From Octopus bimaculoides (Eukaryota): DNA of 64,000 nt. The stretch spans positions 7,758,191 through 7,822,190 of the forward strand of contig NC_068982.1 of NCBI RefSeq assembly GCF_001194135.2, in the 5' to 3' direction. The translations under genes were made by a program, and so were the position numbers. This document shows positions 61,671 to 64,000 of the stretch, one piece after another (the first letter of the stretch is position 1; each line of letters opens with the position of its first letter). The notes below the pieces were generated by a model. The model saw nothing but the letters and a program-made list of their open reading frames with translations. It ran no database searches and was not told where the DNA came from.

Positions 61671-63833
61671 AAAACTTTAACGAAATATAACAATTATATT
61701 TATCATAAATGCTTACTAAATTTTCATAAATATCTAGGTCAATTCATCATCATCATTTAACATACGTTGTCCAAGCTGGCATGGGTTGGACAGTTTGACC
61801 AGGGCTAACAAGCAGAGGGGCTGCACCAGACTCCAGTCTGATTTGGTATGGTTTCTACAGATGCCATTTCTAACACCAACCACTCCGAGCGTTTAATGGG
61901 TGCTTTTACATGCCACCAGCATTGGTACCAGTTGCATGACACCAGTATCTGCCACACTATGATTTTACTTGGCTTGATGGATCTTCTACTCAAGCACAGC
62001 ATATTGCCAATAGTTTTGGTCATTTGTCATTGCTAATCAACAATCTCTTGAGGGGCTACTGATATTAAATATTACTGGGAGATCAGATTACATATAGATA
62101 TGCCAGTATATGAAGAAGGATATAAATGTAAACTGATAAGCTATTTTCATGAAATAACTTGCAATATCAGTAATAATTTAGTATCAGTAATAATTTACTT
62201 GCAATATCAGTAATAATTTTGATAATTAAAGTTATCAAAATTTGAATCTAATTAAAATTTATCTAAATTTCAATTACCTGATTTTAGATAAATTTGAATT
62301 ATCTAAATTAAATTCACTGAAGATCGAAATAATGTTGGTAACTCCTTATTACATGGTAATTAGTTACACACATAGATATCCTGGACAACAGTCAAAGAAA
62401 AACTATTCAAGTGATTGACATGAAGCCACCCAGAAACACACTCCATCATCTCTTCATCACTCACACCTCCTCTTCCCATTGCCTTTTCTTTTCAGTCACT
62501 GGCATTATTGTCTCTACTTCTCAGAGATGGATGGTCTCATGCCACCTCCACCCAAGTTCAGTCACTCTATTCATCATTTATGCAGTTGCCAAATTGCAAC
62601 AGACAGTCTAAGTGCTACATTAATGCTATCAATCCCTCCAGTTATGCAAGACTAGCAAAGGCTTGATGCACTGGTCCTTCTTTTAGACCTGCTGTTTTTC
62701 CCCAACATTTTTTCTTCCTTTTGTAGCATTAGCAGGGCAGTCGAATTACTTCGCCCCAGCGTAGCAGCACATTGGTGCTGCGTTCCTCCGCTCTTTAAAA
62801 GCTAACAGCAGAGGAATATAAATGACGACTTCCACTAGCTTTTAAAGAGCAGAGGAATGCAGCACCAATGTGCTGCTACACTGGGGCGAAGTAATTCGAC
62901 TGCCCTGCTAATGCTATATCATCGCCCTCGTTTGTTGTTGTTTAACACAGGTGAGCACTAGTCAGATAGTGCTATGATCAAAGGTTTTTTCAATTCTGAT
63001 CTTCCAATCTTTACTTGAAGCATTACGTAGCCAAAGCTAAATTATTTGATGTATCCTTCTGTGGCAAAGGAGATGTTGGTTAATGCAGGGTACGTATTTG
63101 AATGAATGCGTGTCAGAGGGCTAGTAACATTTAAATATATGTTTGCATAAAAGGCACAATAAAATACCACAAGACAATGTTCTCTTTAGGTTAACAAACC
63201 TGAGAATTTATTCTAGTGCAATCAAGATATTACCAGAGCTTTGCAGGTAAGCCTTCCTAATAATCGGGAAGGAATCAAGTGTCCATTCATTAATAATTGT
63301 TCAGTCTGTGTATCGTAGATATCAGCATTCCCGTCAATCGGGAGGGCTTACCTGCAAAGCTCCGGTAATATCTTGATTGTATTAAGGAATTAACTCATGC
63401 CTCCTACACCTTGTTGTCTTGTACGCTTATCTCTGTTGTGCCAACTACTTCATGTGTGAGCAAGGAATAAATTTGTTTGTTAACCAAAAGCATTACCTTC
63501 TGATTTTTATCGTTACCTTTATGTACCTTTTTTTCCTGTTTCTTTGTATTTAAATGTTATAAGTTAAAATGTGATCTTTTGTATAATTGTCCATAGAAAT
63601 AGAGAAAATTCTTTGTTTCATTGCAAATAGCCAATAGAAATGTTCATATTCAAAGACCCGTGTTCTTTTTATAATTTTGGATATCAAGTAACTTTTACTA
63701 AAACAGATATTAAATTTCAAAAAATTTATTTGCAAACCAATTGAAGTACCTACTTTATTTGGTGGTGTTATATATGCTTGAATAAATTCTTCTGAATTCG
63801 CTAAAATGTCACCTTCTCGATTGAAAAAGTCAT
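1..63833 (-). CDS. Partial multi-exon gene (31 exons here) for a large secreted polymeric-mucin/SCO-spondin-like protein: VWD-C8-TIL x3, LDLa, 3x divergent discoidin-like domain, PTS repeats
   Basis: 31 minus-strand exons with GT-AG boundaries join in matching phase without stops. They translate to VWD (TFDG, GLCGNFD), C8 (WR...C), TIL (C-x8-C...GCxC), LDLa (C...CDGVYDC..DEDDC) and Thr/Ser/Pro-rich segments. Start and stop lie outside the window. Confidence 0.93.
1596..1690 (+). mobile_element. pogo/Tigger-like DNA transposon terminal fragment
   Basis: TA|CAGTAATCCCTCGACTAT resembles a Tigger-type TIR; partner end not found. Confidence 0.5.
1755..2200 (+). mobile_element. CR1/L2-like LINE reverse transcriptase fragment (degenerate)
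   Basis: VPQETVVEPLLF..YADDTKL..LQNDLNAIYKWAEQNNMQFNA (RT domains 4-6), frameshifted. Confidence 0.85.
2205..3413. repeat. (TACA)n/(CA)n microsatellite with an assembly gap
   Basis: Visible tandem repeats on both sides of the N-run. Confidence 0.95.
3415..5050 (-). mobile_element. RTE/BovB-like LINE, 5'-truncated and decayed
   Basis: Minus-strand pieces: SISLLSIAGKI, QCGFRNNRGT, NGVKQGYVMAPTLF, FANDYAL, QLRWVGHVVRM. Confidence 0.92.
5215..8410 (+). mobile_element. RTE-clade LINE, near full-length (APE endonuclease + RT), with stops, frameshifts and two gaps
   Basis: IISAYAPQ, GDFNGHVG (APE); GKAPGPS, FVELEKAFD, LYADDL (RT); RLRWYGHVLRM, GRGRPRKTW (RTE C-terminus). Confidence 0.95.
8721..8810 (-). 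CDS. Exon 30: Ser/Thr linker (TYIPTTVSSSILSSQETISTSTITLSKSTL)
   Basis: tattcag / gtaagt, 90 nt, phase 1-1. Confidence 0.82.
10357..10540 (-). CDS. Exon 29: repeated domain copy C, C-half (EPESEVSVIPER...VKICVKPT)
   Basis: tttacag / gtaagt, 184 nt, phase 0-1. Confidence 0.92.
10660..10904 (-). CDS. Exon 28: repeated domain copy C, N-half (SKCESVYGMDDKAVIPDSAI...FGKVK)
   Basis: gtttgcag / gtgagt, 245 nt. Confidence 0.92.
11270..11720 (-). mobile_element. mariner transposase fragment
   Basis: Minus-strand YEWF...GIAAKFVPRVLT...KVITCDE, interrupted by stops. Confidence 0.75.
12192..12344 (-). CDS. Exon 27: PTS exon of cassette C (YLSTPSVSTLIPTSISTTVSPSL...VSTTP)
   Basis: gttttag / gtaagt, phase 1-1. 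Confidence 0.92.
12560..12850 (+). mobile_element. RTE RT fragment
   Basis: Similar to 7200-7400 (gatgacctag...ctaccagaactagagaag). Confidence 0.65.
13157..13373 (-). CDS. Exon 26: repeated domain copy B, C-half (KPTSGETYVFG...VTVSVKLCVKPS)
   Basis: tttacag / gtaagt, 217 nt (11 codons longer than copies A and C), preceded by a 79-nt intron. Confidence 0.92.
13453..13697 (-). CDS. Exon 25: repeated domain copy B, N-half (FECENIEGMANENVIPDTSI...YGRLK)
   Basis: ttttgtag / gtaagt, 245 nt. Confidence 0.92.
14302..14526 (-). CDS. Exon 24: PTS exon of cassette B with 24-bp (STTVSPSV) repeats
   Basis: cttcttag / gtaagt, about six tandem 8-aa units, phase 1-1. Confidence 0.92.
14842..18128 (-). mobile_element. 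Decayed Ty3/Gypsy LTR retrotransposon with both LTRs and most of pol deleted
   Basis: Diverged direct repeats at ~17925-18128 and ~14842-15056, both starting TG on the minus strand. PBS TGGCGAC at 17915-17921, PPT aagggggaga next to the 3' LTR. Gag CCHC knuckle CFECGKIGHKSSC, RNase H YSQIEKEA/ADSLS, integrase zinc finger HPG...C..C and core IVSDNGTQF. Confidence 0.92.
15530..15960 (+). mobile_element. SINE/RTE-tail repeat with (GAT)n tail inserted into the Gypsy element
   Basis: 3' end ...gcatggaaagcggacgttaaacgatgatgat is shared with many intronic copies. Confidence 0.85.
18319..18502 (-). CDS. Exon 23: repeated domain copy A, C-half (EPESEVSVMPER...VTVSVKICVKPT)
   Basis: tttacag / gtaagt, 184 nt, phase 0-1. 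Confidence 0.92.
18622..18866 (-). CDS. Exon 22: repeated domain copy A, N-half (FECENIDGMDNENVISDDSI...GWKT...YIDIG...FGKVK)
   Basis: ctttgcag / gtgagt, 245 nt like exons 25 and 28. Confidence 0.92.
19288..19383 (-). CDS. Exon 21: PTS exon of cassette A (AYLSTPLYTNISTTVPPSVSTTVSPSTMTTTT)
   Basis: atttttag / gtaagt, phase 1-1, homologous to exons 24 and 27. Confidence 0.88.
20860..21440 (+). mobile_element. RTE LINE 3' fragment
   Basis: HMNCLRKLLKINWQDKVPD...KRCFKD.LKASLKSFDINP; same clade as 3415-5050. Confidence 0.8.
21595..22084. repeat. Fold-back/MITE-like element with ~152-bp inverted arms (21595-21746 / 21933-22084)
   Basis: Arms are reverse complements at roughly 90% identity by eye. 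Confidence 0.88.
22114..22182 (-). CDS. Exon 20: short Thr/Ser linker (VSTTVKYTTYVSTTESSIVTQTT)
   Basis: ttcttcag / gtgagc, 69 nt, phase 1-1. Confidence 0.82.
24590..24735 (-). CDS. Exon 19: end of E3 plus single LDL-receptor class A repeat (CTLDQYQCSDGECINKTKVCDGVYDCNLADDEDDC)
   Basis: Six-Cys LDLa with acidic D-x-x-D-E Ca-binding tail, aatacag / gtgagc, phase 2-1; absent from the ORF track. Confidence 0.93.
25362..25582. mobile_element. TTAA-flanked piggyBac-type MITE (related copies at 37373-37597 and 51295-51507)
   Basis: ttaa-c(tt)tttagcatt ... aatgctaaaggg-ttaa termini; three similar ~220-bp copies. Confidence 0.7.
25680..25776 (-). CDS. Exon 18: end of TIL-3 / E3 (GDKCIPKTECPCLDEENIYPSG...NNCKN)
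   Basis: cttacag / gtaagt, phase 1-2. Confidence 0.92.
26802..26948 (-). CDS. Exon 17: TIL-3 (GVMCTGGREYRACG...EGCYCPEGQVED)
   Basis: ctttcag / gtaaga, phase 1-1. Confidence 0.93.
26986..27202. mobile_element. mariner-derived MITE
   Basis: TA-flanked TIRs tgagagagtgttgcaaagttcctgg / ccaggaacttttcagcacccactca; interior resembles a transposase 3' end. Confidence 0.75.
28717..29612. mobile_element. mariner derivative built from two 5' ends in opposite orientation
   Basis: TIRs tctgatcaataagtat..gact.ttgccatag at both ends. Transposase N-terminus on + (QRICIKFCRKLG) and on - (VFEWFK...RSGRP...SAKFVPKLL). Confidence 0.8.
30037..30146 (-). CDS. Exon 16: C8-3 second half (GCNLGGDCECLCTAVANFATKC...NWRSSELC)
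   Basis: GGDCECxC hallmark of mucin/VWF D3, gttttag / gtaggt. Confidence 0.95.
31578..33114 (-). mobile_element. Full-length decayed Tc1-family transposon (1537 bp)
   Basis: TA TSDs; TIR cactgaactgcaaaagaaac matches 18/20. Minus-strand EQAIGQLQAG (paired-like HTH), VFSDESRY, LNPIEHLWDEI. Confidence 0.92.
33328..33467 (-). CDS. Exon 15: C8-3 first half (YNSIRKQWAMESC...YYEDCLYDAC)
   Basis: ttttccag / gtaagt, phase 0-2. Confidence 0.93.
33571..33663. repeat. (TAG)n/(CAG)n microsatellite
   Basis: Direct observation. Confidence 0.95.
34137..34430 (+). repeat. 42-bp minisatellite, about 7 copies, within a SINE-like repeat
   Basis: Unit gcctccatgaggcctaacacttgataggaactcagctacctt starts at 34179, 34221, 34263, 34305, 34347, with degenerate flanks. 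Confidence 0.92.
34763..34971 (-). CDS. Exon 14: VWD3 C-half (GTRVYVHL...VQGLCGNFDRDSTNDF...HPCV)
   Basis: GLCGNFD...NDF...SW motif, ttaacag / gtaagc. Confidence 0.96.
35411..35752 (-). CDS. Exon 13: VWD3 N-half (ATCWASGDPHYFTFDG...VQWDQ)
   Basis: GDPH and TFDG motifs, ctttttag / gtaatg. Confidence 0.96.
38143..38195 (-). CDS. Exon 12: end of E' (LQCLNAIWVDNRLQNSCP)
   Basis: tttttcag / gtaaga, 53 nt, phase 2-1 bridges exons 11 and 13. Confidence 0.85.
39231..39258 (+). mobile_element. Possible Helitron 3' end
   Basis: Hairpin gtgacc-cacca-ggtcac, 7-nt spacer, then CTAG followed by T; 5' end not identified. Confidence 0.35.
39716..40070 (-). mobile_element. SINE/RTE-tail repeat with (CAT)n tail
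   Basis: Close reverse-orientation match to 15530-15960. Confidence 0.85.
40590..40731 (-). mobile_element. tRNA-derived SINE (representative; other copies near 9265, 22545, 31020, 33130, 41290, 43780, 49790, 53055, 56620)
   Basis: A box tggctgtgtgg and B box gggttcagtctc, followed by a conserved body ...ggtagacggaaactgaaagaagccc. Confidence 0.88.
40760..40940 (+). mobile_element. mariner HTH fragment
   Basis: HSGRPSKLDEDILKAKIKENSNISSRKLAEELEISKSTVHE. Confidence 0.75.
42063..42642 (-). mobile_element. Internally deleted mariner
   Basis: TIRs aaaaagtattgggattg at both ends; C-terminal LCDFFFFSKIKSYLKGTRFQDVKEIQ. Confidence 0.85.
42980..43071 (-). CDS. Exon 11: end of TIL' / E' (GSCIDRDACPCPYGETW...GCKE)
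   Basis: ttttttag / gtgagt, phase 0-2. Confidence 0.9.
44956..45151 (-). CDS. Exon 10: end of E2 plus TIL' (CVCTRGKWIC...CPKNQIW...EGCRCEKDLVMSPN)
   Basis: ttaacag / gtaagt, phase 2-0. Confidence 0.92.
47416..47668 (-). CDS. Exon 9: TIL-2 plus start of E2 (LECPVGSGQIYTECGSLC...GDD)
   Basis: TIL Cys pattern, tattcag / gtaatt, phase 1-2. Confidence 0.93.
47970..48044. repeat. (GT)n microsatellite running into a gap
   Basis: Direct observation. Confidence 0.95.
48139..48437 (-). mobile_element. Second tRNA-derived SINE family
   Basis: Minus-strand A box tggctcagtgg and B box gagttcaattcc; a related copy lies at about 49480-49740. Confidence 0.8.
48650..49140 (+). mobile_element. RTE LINE 3' fragment
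   Basis: GWKTFNSTKDLIKTK...AQKAMERSMLEISLQEHI, degenerate. Confidence 0.75.
49263..49353 (+). ncRNA. Degenerate type-I hammerhead-ribozyme-like motif
   Basis: CTGATGA core, gca/tgc stem II closing a long loop, GCAAAA in place of GAAA, near-palindromic ACCGATTGGT stem III, GTA triplet, interrupted stem I ggctacct/agaccagcc. Confidence 0.4.
50370..50417 (+). ncRNA. Minimal type-I hammerhead-ribozyme-like motif (Penelope-type)
   Basis: Stem I gtct/agac, (T)TGATGA core, stem II gggatat/atatccc, GAAA, palindromic stem III ACAGCTGT, GTA triplet. Confidence 0.6.
50508..51285 (+). mobile_element. mariner transposase 5' two-thirds, decayed
   Basis: IKFLYLKGHTPKE...GRP...; ITQGETWVHHYDPETKIQSKQWKH...GKVML. 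Confidence 0.9.
51933..52170 (-). CDS. Exon 8: C8-2 (NEDEAKKYC...YYDQCMRDMC...AYAKACADNGAIINWRENSTLNEVC)
   Basis: Canonical C8 Cys spacing, atttcag / gtgagt, phase 0-1; absent from the ORF track. Confidence 0.93.
53935..54102 (-). CDS. Exon 7: end of VWD2 (VEGLCGNFDSNINNEL...EPCEVNIN)
   Basis: GLCGNFD motif, gacag / gtaagt. Confidence 0.92.
54400..54640 (-). mobile_element. RTE 3' fragment (same family in + orientation at about 58270-58520)
   Basis: ARWILEAESTGRKPKGKPRMRWLDNIH. Confidence 0.7.
55346..55651 (-). CDS. Exon 6: VWD2 core (SKSTSLELKISLEFGPC...ITLKSNYRGL)
   Basis: 306-nt open frame, gttttag acceptor, weaker gtacga donor, phase 0-0. Confidence 0.85.
57225..57366 (-). CDS. Exon 5: end of E1, start of VWD2 (CVCKYGKWVC...CPGTCTILGRNSIKTFDN...CRYTLVQ)
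   Basis: ctatag / gtaaga, phase 2-0, TFD motif. Confidence 0.93.
57742..57976 (-). CDS. Exon 4: TIL-1 plus start of E module (ITCPEGFEFDEC...CPCEYEG...DCNL)
   Basis: Full 10-Cys TIL pattern, ttattag / gtatgt, phase 1-2. Confidence 0.95.
58735..59081 (+). mobile_element. mariner-derived MITE retaining the transposase N-terminus
   Basis: TA-flanked TIRs caatggtggactaaaaatttcataggct / agcctatgaacttttcagctgtccattg; MGKIWHRGIIKYLQKKG...STVQKWVA. Confidence 0.85.
59503..59665 (-). CDS. Exon 3: C8-1, EKKPVLIDNC...AACTAVESIAHQCFLNGNDIPKWRKQNIC
   Basis: cattttag / gtatgt, 163 nt, C8-terminal WR...C motif. Confidence 0.9.
60904..61002 (-). CDS. Exon 2: start of C8-1, CKNNRLSTSPDYRYPEANKICHVAFTFYNCDLS
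   Basis: tttttcag / gtaagt, 99 nt, phase 0-0. Confidence 0.85.
62724..62916. repeat. Near-perfect 81-bp inverted repeat with a 31-nt loop (MITE-like)
   Basis: 62724-62804 versus 62836-62916 match at 78/81; begins and ends with TA. Confidence 0.95.
63219..63379. repeat. Inverted repeat with ~39-bp arms and internal sub-hairpins
   Basis: 63219-63257 versus 63341-63379 match at 37/39. Confidence 0.9.
63754..63833 (-). CDS. Exon 1 (in window): end of VWD1, DDFFNREGDILANSEEFIQAYITPPNK
   Basis: Acceptor cattcttag, donor gtaggt. Phase-0 end joins exon 2. DDF...F pattern of VWD C-termini. Confidence 0.75.
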
Positions 63834-64000
63834 CTAAGAATGAATACAAATAATTGTATATGATGAAAATTACAGAAAAACATGTAAGGAAGGATAAAAT
63901 TTAGAATTTACAAAGAGAATCTTTTCATTAAAAGTTTAATGATTCTGAACAAGTAAAAACCAAAAGACACATGAGTTGAGAAATATGATTATGTTTCTAT

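Noticed and set aside
63550-63849. 99-aa ORF considered as a separate gene or TE protein
   Set aside because: Only 63754-63833 has splice signals and fits the VWD1 end; the rest is intron read-through.

Overview
AT-rich eukaryotic genomic DNA with several N-gaps. The SINE families and (CAT)n-tailed RTE-type repeats look cephalopod, probably Octopus; this is my inference, not a database result. One gene on the minus strand spans the whole window and is open at both ends. I could join 31 GT-AG exons in consistent phase, about 2,180 codons including a 767-N gap. The product is a secreted polymeric-mucin / SCO-spondin-like protein. Its order is: end of VWD1-C8-TIL, VWD2-C8-TIL, TIL', VWD3 (with GDPH)-C8 (GGDCECLC)-TIL, one LDLa, three [Thr/Ser/Pro exon + ~145-155 aa two-Cys domain] cassettes, and a large PTS tandem-repeat exon. 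The triplicated domain resembles a highly diverged F5/8-type-C (discoidin) fold, and two of its copies appear homogenised by gene conversion, intron included. The introns hold decayed RTE and CR1-like LINEs, an old Ty3/Gypsy element with both LTRs, Tc1/mariner elements and MITEs, TTAA MITEs, SINEs, microsatellites, long fold-back repeats and several minimal hammerhead-ribozyme-like motifs. There is no prokaryotic system, CRISPR array, rRNA or true tRNA gene.
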